DNA of 64,000 nucleotides from the human T2T-CHM13v2.0 reference genome, Homo sapiens: the NCBI RefSeq assembly GCF_009914755.1, contig NC_060937.1; one strand, given 5' to 3'. Shown here one piece after another: positions 1-11,660 of the stretch. The translations under genes were made by a program, and so were the position numbers. Below the pieces are notes generated by a model, which worked only from the letters and a program-made list of their open reading frames with translations, did no database searches and was not told the DNA's origin. The stretch's first letter is position 1. Each line of letters starts with the position of its first letter.

Positions 1-199
1 TGTAAACCGGCAGTGTAAACAAGAGCAGGGCATGTATGAGTAGTTGAGAACGGAGAATAGGAGTATGACTAGACGGAAAATAGTAGGGATGACAGGTTTT
101 TTTGGGGGCACAGTCTAAGTTGGTCTGGTGTCTGGAATAAGACTGGGGCCTAATAAAAAGGAGCTCAAATGGGCTGTACCTTGTAGCATTCCGAGGACA

Positions 200-740
200 G
201 GCCTGAATTCTGAGAAGCGAAAGTGGTAAAAGTATTGTCCAGTCCTCTTTAAGTTGGTAGCTGAGCTTGGTGAGGTGTGTTTTTAAAAGACCTTTAGTCC
301 ATTCTACTTTTCTTGAAGATGGAGGACCGTAAGGGATATAAAGGTTTCACTGAATACTAACAGCCTGAAAAACTGCTTGGCTGATTTGACTAATAAAGGC
401 TGGTCTGTTGTCGGACGGTATAGAGGTGGGAAGGCTAAACTGAGGAATTATGTCTGACAGAAGGGAAGAAATGACTGCGGTGGCCTTCTCAGACCCTGTA
501 GGAAAGGCCTTTACTTATTCAGTGAAAGTGTCTATTTAGACTAACAGATATTTTAGTTTCCTGACTCAGGGCATGTTGAGTAAAGCTAATTTGCCAGTCC
601 TGGGTGGGGGCAAATCCTCGAGCTTGATGTGTAGGGAAGGGAGGGGGCCTGAATAATCCCTGAGGAGTAGTAGAATAGCAGATGGAACACTGAGAAGTTA
701 TTTCCTTGAGGATAGATTTCCACGATGGAAAGGAAATGAG
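200..740 (-). pseudogene. pol: HERV-H integrase remnant
   Basis: My translation: IDTFTE*VKAFPT...IIPQFSLPTSIPSDNRPAF...SSRKVEWTKGLLKTHLTKL, the rve core with stops. Boundaries approximate. Confidence 0.88.
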
Positions 741-1329
741 AGGTTCTGAGAGGCGGGCTAGTGGCTTATACTATAGCATAGCCTGCCTCTGCTGGTGTGT
801 GGCAATTAGGCCTGATGGAACTGCCATCAAGAAATCAAGCGTGATCAGAGTGAGGAACAGGAAAGAAGGAAATATGGGGAAATGGGGTGAATATCGGGTG
901 GATCAGAGGGATACAGTCATGGGGGTCAGGTGTGGTATCGGAAATAATGTGTGAGGCCAGATTGAAGTCCGGGCCGGGAACAATGGTAATTGTGGGACTT
1001 AACAAAGAGTGAGTACAGCTGAAGGAGCTGGGGAGCAGAAAGTATATGCGTCAGCTATGAGGAAGAAAATAGATTTTGGAAGTTATGAGAAATGTAGAGA
1101 GTGAGTTGAGCATAGTTTGTGATTTTTAGGACCTCTAAAAGTATTAAAGCAGTGGCAGCCACTGCACGCAGACATGAGGGCTAGGCTAAAACAGTAAGGT
1201 CAAGTTGTTTGGACAGAAAGGCTACAGGGTGCAGTCCTGGCTCTTGTGTAAGAACTCTGACCGCACTAACCATGCCTAGGAAGGAAAGGAGTTGTTGTTT
1301 TGTAAGGGATTGAGGTTTGGGAGATTAAT

Positions 1330-1890
1330 CGGACATGATCAGCGGGAGAGCACGTGTGTTTTTATGAGAATTATGCCGAGATAGGTAACAGATGAGGATG
1401 AAATTTGGGCATGACTGAAGTAATGGGGGCTGTCTGTGAAGCCTTGCAGCAGTACAGCCCAGGTAATTTGCTGAGCCTAATGGGTGTCAGGGTCAGTCTA
1501 AGTGAAAGCAAAGAGAGGCTGGGATGAAGGGTGCAAAGGAATAGTAAAGAAAGCATGTTTGAAATCCAGAACAGAATAATGAGTAGTAGAGGGAGGTATT
1601 GGGGATAGGAGACTATATGGGTTTGGCACCACGGGGTGGATAGGCAAAACAATTTGGTTGATAAGGCGCAGATTCTGAACTAATTTGTAAGCCTTGCCTG
1701 GTTTTAGGACAGGTAAAATGGGGGAATGGTAAGGAGAGTTTATAGGCTTTAAAAGGCCATGCTGTAGCAGGCGAGTGATAACAGGCTTTAATCCTTTTAA
1801 ATCGTGCTGTGGGATGGGATCTTGACATTGAGCGGGGTAAGGGTGATTAGGTTTTAATGAGATGGTAAGAGGTGCATGATCGGTCGCCAA
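1330..1890 (-). pseudogene. pol: HERV-H reverse transcriptase remnant with internal deletion
   Basis: SPILPVLKP..YKLVQNLR..YSVLDFKHAFFTIPL..FAFT*, then TWAVLLQGFTDSPHYFS joined directly to AQISSSSVTYLGIIL. Confidence 0.9.
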
Positions 1891-2040
1891 GGAGGGAGTA
1901 GAGGTATCTTATACTTGTGGGTTAAGGTTGGGGAATACAAGAGGAGGACGCAAAGGAGGCTTTGGATTGGGAAGAAGGGCGGCAATGAGATGCTGTAGTC
2001 CAGGAATAGTCAGGGAAGCAGATAATTTAGTTAAAGTGTC

Positions 2041-2265
2041 TCAGCCTAATAAGGGAACCGGGCAGGTGGGGATAACTAAAAAGGAGTGCTTAAAAGAGTA
2101 TTGTCTAAGTTGGCACCAGAGTTTGGGAGTTTTAAGAGGTTTAGAAGCCTGGCCGTCAATACCGACAACAGTTATGGAGGCAAGGGAAACAGGCCCTTGA
2201 AAAGAAGGTAATGTGGAGTGGGTAGCCTCCGTATTGATTAAGAAGGGGACAGGCTTACCTTCCAC
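2041..2265 (-). pseudogene. pro: HERV-H protease remnant
   Basis: VPFLINTEATHSTL (catalytic DTG decayed to NTE), VVGIDG flap, PVPLLG. Confidence 0.85.
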
Positions 2266-2445
2266 TGTGAGAGTTACCCGAAGCTCGGCGTCCCTGATGG
2301 TCTAGGGGGCTTCCCAGGCGATCGGGCAGTGTCAGTCTTCAGCCGCTAAGCCGAGAAGATCTGGGAAGGAGTCAGTCAGAGAGCCTTGGGCCAGAGTTCC
2401 AGGGGCTCTGGGAGTGGCTGCAAGGTGAGTTGAACAGTCCGATTT

Positions 2446-2661
2446 TCAGTGGGGTCCTACACAGATGGGATGCGGCTTAGGAGGAATCCCGGGCTGCGGG
2501 CTTTCCTTGGCCCGGTGGCCAGATTTCTGGCACTTGTAGCAAGCTCCTGGGGGAAGAGGTTCTGGAGGAACGCCTGGCTGCTGCAGTTCAGGCGTTTGGA
2601 AGTTCTTGTGTGCTGGAGATGTGGCTGGGGTTTGTCTCACAGTGGAGGCGAGGAATTGCAA
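2446..2661 (-). pseudogene. gag: HERV-H gag nucleocapsid remnant
   Basis: CYKCQKSGHRAKES is a degenerate CX2CX4HX4C knuckle, followed by a second decayed knuckle (HPICVGPH). Confidence 0.85.
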
Positions 2662-3638
2662 CTTTTATCTATTATTGTACACCTTGAAGGCAAGGTTAAT
2701 TAAATCCTGTTGTGGGGCTTGAGGGCGGGAATTTAATTTTTGGAGTTTATTTAATGTCGGGAGCAGATTGGGTAATAAAATGTATATTGAGAAGAAGACG
2801 GCCTTTTGACCTTTTAGAGTCTAGATCTGTAAAGCGTCTCAGGGTTGCTGCCGAACAAGCCATGAACTGGGCTGGGTTTTTTATGTTTGATGAAGAAGAG
2901 CCTAAACGCTATCTGATTTGGGATGAAGAAAAAGGAGCATTAACCTTGACTATGCCTTTAACTCCAGCCACCTTTTTAAGAGTAAATTGCTGGGCAGGTG
3001 GGGGAGGGCTAGTCATGGAATGAAACTGTAAGCCAGACCAGGTGTGAGGAGGGGAGGTGATAAAAGGATTAGAGGGTGGAGGAGTGGAGGCTGAGGAAGA
3101 ATTGGGACATAGCTTGGCCTGGAGAGGAGGGGAGAGGTCAGATAGGTCTGTAGAAAAGGAAGATTAGAAAGACTCAGCGACACTTGGGGTTGGGACCTAG
3201 GGGACAGGCGGGAGGGAAAGAAGGAAGATTTGGGACGAGTTGCGTTGGGCACAGAGACTAGGAAGGGACTGATGTGTAAAAGAATGCCTGGACGTCAGGC
3301 ACCTGAGACCGTTTGCCTATTTTACGACAAGAATTAGTTAGATCTTGCAGGATGGAAAAATTGAAAGTGCCGTTTTCTGGCTATTTGGAACTACTGTTGA
3401 GTTTGTATTGGGGTCAAGCGGCATTGCAGAAGAAAATAAGGCATTTAGGTTTTAGGTCAGGTGTGAGTTGAAGAGGTTTTAAGTTCTTGAGAACACAGGC
3501 TAAGGGAGAATAAGGAGGAATGGAGGGTGGAAGGTTGCCCATAGTGAAGGAGGCAAACCCAGAGAAAAGAGAGCATAGCGACACGGAGGGAAGGGGTTTG
3601 GGGGTTCTTACCCTCCAGAAAAGTGGGAAGGGGAGTCG

Positions 3639-3722
3639 TGGAAATAAGGGATTGGGGCACAGAAATAAGAGGTTGGGGTGTGGAAATAAGGGATTGGGGT
3701 GCAGAGATACGAGGTTGGGGTA
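3639..3722 (+). repeat. ~21-bp tandem repeat (4 copies) in the HERV-H leader
   Basis: Units like GGAAATAAGGGATTGGGGCAC / AGAAATAAGAGGTTGGGGTGT; gives the repetitive EIRDWG/EIRGWG ORF. Confidence 0.85.
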
Positions 3723-4185
3723 CTTGCCCCTCCCCCAGAAAAGCGGGACTTGCCGCTAAGGGTGAAGGACTAAGGCAGGCATCCCTGCATGGTCTGACAC
3801 CTTTGAAACTTGGGTGAATACTCAGAGAGGCGTCCCTGCAATGATTAAACACCAAGGGAAGGCTGCCTTCCCAGTCCGTGACCAGTGCCAGAGTTTTGGG
3901 TCCACAGATAAAACAAGTCTCCTTTGTCTCTACCAGAAAATGAAAGGAATTGAAATTAAGAGAAGGGAGAGATTGAAGTGTGGCACCAAGATTGAAAGGA
4001 GAAAGAGGTTGAGGGATAGTGAGGGAGGTTGGAGAAGAGAGTAAAAAGAGGCCGCTTACCGGATTTGAAATTGGGGAGATGTTTCTTGGGCTGGTCGGTC
4101 TGAGGACCTGAGGTCGTAGGTGGATCTTTCTCATGGAGCAAAGAGCAAGAAGACGGGGGATTGATCTCCCAAGGGAGGTCCCCCG

Positions 4186-4203
4186 ATCCGAGTCACGGCA
4201 CCG
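4186..4203 (-). other. Primer binding site, tRNA-His
   Basis: CGGTGCCGTGACTCGGAT directly after the LTR; canonical is TGGTGCCGTGACTCGGAT (1 mismatch). Confidence 0.92.
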
Positions 4204-4205
4204 AA

Positions 4206-4633
4206 TTTCATGTGCGTCCGTGTGAAGAGACCACCAAACAGGCTTTGTGTGAGCACCATGGCTGTTTATTTCACCTGGGTGCAGGTGGGCTGAGTCCAAA
4301 AAGAGAGTCAGCAAAGGGTGGTGGATTATCATTAGTTCTTATAGGTTTTGGGATAGGCAGTGAAGTTAAGAGCAATGTTTTGTGGGCAGGGGTGGATCCC
4401 ACAAAGTACATTCTCAACAGTGGGGAGAATTACAAAGAACTTTCTTAAGGGTGGGGTAGATTACAAAGTACATTGATCAGTTAGGGTGGGGCAGGAACAA
4501 ATCACAATGGTGGAATGTCATCAGTTAAGGCTATTTTTACTTTTGTGGATCTTCAGTTACTTCAGGCCATCTGGATGTATACCTGCAAGTCACAGGGGAT
4601 GTGATGGCTTGGCTTGGGCTCAGAGGCCTGACA
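4206..4633 (-). promoter_or_regulatory. HERV-H 5' LTR (LTR7 family, type II / LTR7B-like), promoter pointing leftwards
   Basis: Starts TGTCAGGCC, ends ACATGAAA. Has repeated TACTTTGT/CCACCC U3 blocks, TATA-like CCTATAAGAA and AATAAA. Subtype assigned from memory of U3 blocks. Confidence 0.9.
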
Positions 4634-4894
4634 TGTACTTTTTTATAATCCTCAAGAAAAATCTGCCTCTTTTATTATTCTTTTGTTTTTTTTCACTGAC
4701 AACTTTGGTTTTGTTCATCTTCTCTATTGAATCTTCATTCTCTAATTTAATAATTTATACTCTCATGTTATTTCTTATCTTCTTGCATTTATTTGATGTT
4801 CCTTTTTCAGACAAGCTGAACATTTTGCTCACTATTTTTATCCTTTTATCCTTTACTAATGTAAATATTATATCCATAATTTTTAAAATATATC

Positions 4895-5577
4895 TGACAC
4901 CACCTTTGCAAAATTATTGACAGTAAGAGAAATCTGACACAGTTGAATTCATCTTGCTTCTAACCTCCAAGATGTCCTTGGTCACTCCTGGACATAGACC
5001 AAGCTAACTTGGAGAAGAACTTATAGTTTAACCTTAAAGCAAAGATGATAATAGCTCCTCTGAAAACTAAACTGCCTTTGTAAAATTAATGAAAGTCTAC
5101 AAGGTTATGTTTATGAGAGGGGCCTGAATTCTGCTAAGATGTAGGCAGAGTAAACTGATAACCAGCCATTGTTATGGTCACAAGATTTGTAACTTCCTTA
5201 ATCACTTGTATAGATAACATCACTATTGTAGAACCAAAGATTGGCTCTTTGAGAGTCTTTTCAGACTTTTGCATTTCTCATGACGAGTTGACTCCACCCA
5301 GCCCTGAAACTCATACCTTAACTGGTCCTGTGGCCCCCACCCAGAGGCTGACTCAGCACAGCTGGACTGCTTTCCATACCCCACCCCTCTAATTTCATCC
5401 CCAACCGGTCAACATTCCCCGTTCCCTAGTACCCAGCCCACCAAACTGTCCTTGAAAAACTTTGAGTAATAACTCCATCTGCCCACTTGGTGTCTTCGTG
5501 TCAATTACACTTTTTATTTTCTCAGTGAAGTAATTTTGTCTGTATGGCAGGCAGCAAAAACCCTTCAGGCAGTTACA
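4895..5577 (+). mobile_element. ERV1 solo LTR, LTR8A-like
   Basis: TGACACCACCTTTGCAAAATT...GGCAGTTACA, with perfect 4-bp TSD TATC on both sides. Confidence 0.85.
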
Positions 5578-5833
5578 TATCCTTTTGCTTTGTTTCAATA
5601 TGTGGTATTTTCATTGACTTCCATTTTTATGTTACAGGAGAAGTTCATTTGGAGACATATAGAAGTGGATTTAAAAATGTCCACAGGTAGGAGAGTAACT
5701 TTGTATCTGATACTGGTATCTAACTTAAATTGCATTGTGATTCAAGCATATGACCAGTTTCACAATCATACTTTAAGTGTTAAACTTACCTTATTGTCTA
5801 ATACATAATCCCTTGTAACACATATTAACTTTA

Positions 5834-6122
5834 CAGTTGTCCCTGTGTATCTGTGGGGAATTGATTATAGGATCTCTGTGTATACCAAAATCTGAGGATA
5901 CTCAAGTCCTTTATATAAATCTATGGACTTTCTCCCATGTACTTTAAGTCATCTCTAGATTATTTATAATAGCTAATACAATGTAAATGTTGTATACATG
6001 GTTGTTATACCGTATTTTATTTGCATTATTTTTTATTGTTGTGTTTTTTTATTTTTTATTTTTTCCTGATATTTTTTATTTGTGGTTGGTTGAATCTACA
6101 GATGAGGAACCTAAAGATTTGG
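5834..6122 (+). mobile_element. MER2-type Tigger-derived MITE
   Basis: TA|CAGTTGTCCCTGTGTATCTGTGGGG start, internal CATCTCTAGATTATTTATAATAGCTAATACAATGTAAATG, and GGTTGGTTGAATCTACAGATGAGGAACC near the end. Confidence 0.8.
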
Positions 6123-7489
6123 GTTCCTCTGGGTTCTTATATATTAGTTATGGCTTGGAAATAGAGTAAGTAGCCAATTTTTATAATTAACTGGAAAATT
6201 TCTTTTCATTTATTATAATTCCTGACATTTAAATTTACTTCTACCTAAATATTTTGCATATTCAATTTGTCCAACTTTTTATATACTTTTTAATCTTGTC
6301 TTATTTTGGTCTGCCTCTTTTTCACTCGGTACAAATTTTTCATTCCAAATTTTCATCACAATTTTAATAATTAGGTAGTCACACTCTAATTATATACTTT
6401 TTTGTGTGCTTGAAACTATCATACATACCTAAGTCAATAAGTTTAAAATCTAAATTTAAAGTATATAATTATATTTATCTTTCACAATGCAAAAGCTTTA
6501 GAACATTTAAGCTTCAATCACTCTTCACATTTTACATGCTTTTATAGTTCAGTTTAATAAGATCAAATTAACAAGATTTTAATAAGTGTAGTAAGCTTGC
6601 TGTTTGACCTCCTCTTGTTTCTTTGATTTACCTATATGCATATAATTTTCCACTTACATTTTTTTACCTCTGTCCTTCCTTCTGAGATCATTTTCCTTAC
6701 ACATGTGATCTCAATCTATATCATTGCTCATGATAATTGTGACTCAAATCCAACTAATTAATTTGTTTGTAAACTCTTTCTCTAGGGAAAAATTTAGGAT
6801 CCACTCTTTATCTTTCAGAATTTTTATCACTTATTCTTTTGGGCATTGGCCAAGGCTAAGCAGCTTAGACACAACTTTCTGAGAAGTTTTCTTTTATTAG
6901 CTTTTACTTTCTTTGCTCTCTTTATTAAGATTTTATTTATTGTGGATTGGATTTCATGAATTGTTGTTTTCCTCATTTTATCCTTTTTTATTTATTTGGT
7001 ATATATCTTAACTTTCCTAAGCTGTCAATTTTTAAAGTTTAATTTTAGAAATATCTTTAATTTTAAGAGCTTCTCATTTCTTGTTTTCTTTTTTATATTC
7101 TTTCTTGTGTTGTGAATGCAATATTTAACTCAATTATGGTTATTTTAAAGTTCTCTTTGTCAATATCTTTTCTCTAAGGCAGTGCTTCTCAACCTTGGGG
7201 ACACTGACATTGTGTGAAGGCATTTCACATATTATAAAAGGATGGAGGTTTTGGAGATATTTTAATTTCAATAATTTAAGGAAGTTTTTGGAGGGAAGGA
7301 AGATAGATATGCAGCATGTATTGATAAGCTTCAGTGGGCATTGAAGAATATTTGCTTTTTTCACTTATTGGACTTTTCGAATTATCAGAAATTACTAAAA
7401 CCTATAATCTATTTTTTACCCAGGATTTGCAGTGATCTTTTTAATATCTATGAAAACACATTAATCCCCTACTCATAATCACTTTGACA

Positions 7490-8000
7490 GATTCCCATTG
7501 CACCCTGGTTAAAACATAAAACCTTCTCATGATTTCCTACTCAAAATGCCTGATAGTCTCACCCCATTTACCTCTGTAATCTAATCAGTCTTGTCATCAT
7601 TCTGAAGCAGCTACATTGATCTCGGTTACTTTAGGTAACTAAGGTCCACTTAGATTTAGAGATTTACATATGCTGTTCCTTTTGCCAGGAAAAAAAACAG
7701 CCTAACTGAAGCATTACTTCCTCCAGAACTTCTCTAACTACCTCTCTTTCCCCTAGATATTAATCATGTCTGGTCATTATAATTTTTTTATTTTGCCTTA
7801 GTTTTCTTTCAAAGCACTTTCATATTATGTAAATATAGCATAGTCATTTTTGTGGCTATTGTAAATACTTATTTCTTCTATAATGTTTTACAGTTTTATG
7901 AGGGCATGGATCACACATTTTCATTGAAAGCAATATTCTCAGTACCTACATGAAATGCCTAGCACAGACTAGGCAGTAACTGTATACTTAATAATGAATT
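7490..8000 (+). mobile_element. L2 3' fragment
   Basis: Decayed L2 tail (GCCTAGCACAGACTAGG...AATAATGAAT); boundaries approximate. Confidence 0.5.
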
Positions 8001-8157
8001 AGTGACACTTAATAATGCTATATGTATTTTTAATGTTGTTAAGTACAATTTTGTGGTGACCCCTCTTTTTAATATATAAGTTTGTGGTTATATAAAGCTA
8101 TAAAGTTTAATCACTAGAGGATTATTATATATAATGAAGAATAAGGAATATCTTGTA

Positions 8158-8222
8158 ACATGTGTACATATGTATATACATATGTGTGTGTGTGTACATA
8201 TATATCTGTATGTGTATGTTTG
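8158..8222 (+). repeat. Imperfect (TG/TA)n microsatellite
   Basis: catgtgtacatatgtatatacatatgtgtgtgtgtgtacatatatatc... Confidence 0.7.
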
Positions 8223-8819
8223 AGAGTTTTTCCTTTTGATTTTGAAATGAGCAAAAATCCTCCTATTTTAAACATTATGCAAAACCTTAGAACTCATTGG
8301 ATTACAAGGTTTTTTGGTTTCTCAATTCTTTCTATCTCCCACTCCTCTCTCCAGAAACACACAAACTCACACACAGAGTTCTATGATCCTGATTTCCTTT
8401 CACAATGCTAATGTTGTTGCACATGGGATATTCTGTCTCTTGTATATACTATTATGAACAAAAATCTCAGAGAATTATCATTTTGAAACCCTATTTTGTC
8501 ATGAATTGTTCAATAATTAAACCTACAGAGTATCTTTTTGGAACTATTAAGAGAAAGATGTTTCCATATTTATCACCAAATAACAAAGCTCATAGACAGA
8601 CATGGGTCACATAAACCAAAAATTGCATACTATTTGAAAAGAACTATTTGCTGTTCCTTAATACAGTAAATTTCTATTAGGTTTGAAAAGCCAAAAATAA
8701 GCACTTCATCAAAGTCTTTGTTAACCTGTCTTAGTAAATTGATACTTTAACTCTAGATAATGGAAAAATACAACTCCATAATGCTCTTTAGTAATGCTCA
8801 TCTAAGAATAGCTTCTCCA

Positions 8820-9098
8820 GGCCAAGAAGAGTGGCTCACACCTGTAATCCTAGCACCTGGGTAAGCTAAGCAGGGTAGATTGCTGAATCTCAGACCAGTT
8901 TCAGACCAGCCTGGGCAATATGAAGAAACCTTCTCTCTACAAAAAATACAAAAAAATTAGCGGGGCCTGGTGGCTGACACCTGTAGGCCCAGCTACTCAG
9001 GAGGCTGAGGTGGGAGGATTGCTTGAGTCTGAGAGGTTGAGGCTGCACCCTAGCCTGAGTGACAGAGTGAGACCCTGTCTCACACACACAAAAAAAAG
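8820..9098 (+). mobile_element. Old Alu (AluJ-like) with right-arm deletion
   Basis: Dimeric Alu with GGAGGATTGCTTGAG; GTGAGC...CACTGCA segment absent. Confidence 0.9.
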
Positions 9099-10351
9099 TT
9101 CCCCAAATTTTCCTTAAATCTCTACTAAATTACTTTGCTATTATTATAAAAATGTGGCAGGATATTAGTTTATTATTATCATCAATCAGTGTTATCCCCT
9201 CTGTAATTGCTTCTGCCTCTTGATTTTTCAATAACTTTCTGTTGTGGGAAAATAGTATAATGTTGAAAAATTAGACCTCCCTTGCCTTAAAGACCTCCCT
9301 TGCCATAATTCTTTTCACATAAACGTTTTACTGTTGTCCAAGTGTCTAAGTATTTACTGGGCCCTAAGTTTATGTATGTGTGTATGTAAGTAAAAATTTT
9401 GGAGATTAGTGGATACTTGGCATTCTTATTAGCATTTGTTTACATCTGTTAGGTAACTACCTAAGAAACTAGTTAATTTACACAGTTGTCATTGATGAAC
9501 ACCAGATTTAAACCCAAGATGATCTATTTATAAAATCCTTACTCTTATACTGCAGAGTATACTCTTTAATATATGGTTAATTTAATTGATACTGACCACC
9601 TTGGACTCACAACATCTCTTAAGGATATTTCTTTGAAAAAAATACTATATTAAGCATTCCATTATATTACATACATAAAATATTGCAGAAATCAAAATTT
9701 GTGGTATGACAGTAATAGCTAGAAATCTGTAATTTAGATCTGTCCATGGTAATCCTATATGGTTCATAGACTAATACCTAAAGACAAATCCAACTCAAGT
9801 AAGGCATTGAATTATTGCACAAAAGTAGATTTTTTCTTATGGGGAAAATATGCTGATGCTTGTGGAATGTATAACTGTTTAATGTAAAAATTCGCCTTTC
9901 TGTCACATTTTGAGAAAAATCCTGGTTTTGTGTGCCACCATCATAATGGCCTCACTTTAGAACAATGATGTTTTTTGCCCTCAAATATATTCCATTACTG
10001 TCATTTGGAATCAGCCCAGAGCTAGAATGAGTTGCCAAAAGCACATCTGAAAGGTAAGCTCCCTGAGAGAAGGGATCTTTTTATTCTTAATAATGACTTC
10101 ACTTCCCCCCTTACTTCCCAAGGTCAAGTACCGAAATGGAATAAAGTTTTATGCAACAAATATTTCTTGATTCAATAAACAACTACAATAATATCATCTC
10201 TAAAACTGAATTAGTTTATGATTAAAAGGTGCATTTTAAAAAATATAACTGTTTTATCCTCTTCTAAAATAGTAGTCAAATTTCAAATTTCTTTTTTTGC
10301 TCAAGCCCTTGTAAGTCTTATAATAAATCACTAGATTAAAAAGTCCTTTTA

Positions 10352-11400
10352 TAAACTCAAACAATTCAAAAAGGAAGAAACAAATAACATCATTAAAAAG
10401 TGGGCAAAGGACATGAACAACACTATTCAAAAGAAGACATAGAAGTTGCCAACAAACATGAAAAAATGTTCAACATCCCCAATCATTAGAGAAATGCAAA
10501 TTAAAATCACAATAAGATACTATATCAGAGCAGTCAAAATGACTATGATCAAAAGTCAAAGAGCAATAGATATTGCCAAGAATAAGGAGAAAAGGGAAAA
10601 TTTATTCTGTTGGTGGGAGTGCAAATTAGTAAAACCTCTATGGAAAACAGTATGGAGACGTCTCAAAGAACTACAATGAAAACTGTCAGTCAACCCCGCA
10701 ATCCCCCTGCTGGTATCTACCCAAAAAAAGAAACTGTTTTAGCAAAAAGACACCTGCGGGGCCAGGCACAGTGGCTCCGACCTGTAAGCCCAGCCCTCAG
10801 GGTGGCCAGGGTAGGAAGATCACTTGAGCCGCAGAGTTTTGAGGACATAGTGAGCTGTGATTACACCACTATATTCTAGCCTGAGAGACATGGCAACATT
10901 GTGTCTCTTTAAACAGAGAGAGACACCTACACGCATATGTTTATGCAGAACTATTCACAATAGCAAAGTCAAGAAATCAACCTAAATATCCATCAGCAGA
11001 TGATTGGATTAAAGAAAATGTCACTTATATACACCATGGAATACTACACAGCCATAAGAAGAATGAAATCATGCCTTTTGCAGCAACATGGATGGAGTTA
11101 GATGCCATTATCCTAAGTGAAATAACTCAGAAACAGAAATTCAAATACTTCATGTTCTCACTTGTAAGTGGCAACCTAACATAGGGTACACATGGACATA
11201 CAGAGGGAAATAATAGACAATAGAGACTACAAAAGCAGGGAGTGTGGGAGGGCAGTGAGAGCTGAAAAATTACTTTGGTTACAATGTTCACTATTCAGGT
11301 AATGGGTGCACTAAAAGCCCAGATTTCACCACTACACAATATATCCTTGCAACAAAACGGCACTTGTACCACCTGAATCTATAAAAATGAAAAATAAAAG
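10352..11400 (+). mobile_element. 5'-truncated L1 (L1PB/L1MA-type): ORF2 C-terminus plus 3'UTR
   Basis: NMKKCSTSPIIREMQIKITIRY...CWWECKLVKPLWKTVWR; 3'UTR GGGTGCACTAAAAGCCCAGATTTCACCAC; degenerate TSD AAAAGTCCTTTTATA / AAAAGTTCTTATTATA. Confidence 0.9.
10760..10915 (+). mobile_element. Alu monomer (FRAM-like) nested in L1
   Basis: Single arm containing right-arm GTGAGCTGTGATTACACCACT; flanked by AGACACCT duplicates. Confidence 0.8.
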
Positions 11401-11519
11401 TTCTTATTATAAAATGTTGGCATAGTATTTATATATACCATAAAATGAGTTAGCTACATGTTTGTAGATTGATTAAATAATTGTTCTGGAGTCATTCGTA
11501 ATTGTTCACAAAGAGAAAT

Positions 11520-11660
11520 CAGTGCCTCATATTCTTTATTATAAATGAGGATAACAATAGTGTTTATTTCATAATGTTATTAAGATTCATTAACACATGT
11601 TAAATTGTCATGCATGTAAAACAGAATCTGACACACACACAAAGTAAATATTAACTATGA
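11520..11660 (+). mobile_element. MIR fragment
   Basis: Core-like ATAAATGAGGATAACAATAG...TTATTAAGATT. Confidence 0.55.

Larger units (their letters stand above)
1..4633 (-). mobile_element. HERV-H provirus (common deleted type); 3' end lies outside the window to the left
   Basis: Minus strand reads LTR (TGTCAGGCCTCTGAGCCCAAGC...CATGAAA), His PBS, leader, gag zinc knuckle, protease, RT and integrase remnants in proviral order. Confidence 0.97.

Noticed and set aside
3457-4332. 291-aa minus-strand ORF across the HERV-H LTR and leader
   Set aside because: Low-complexity Pro/Ser/Leu sequence from a pyrimidine-rich leader and tandem repeat, with no domain; likely a compositional artefact.
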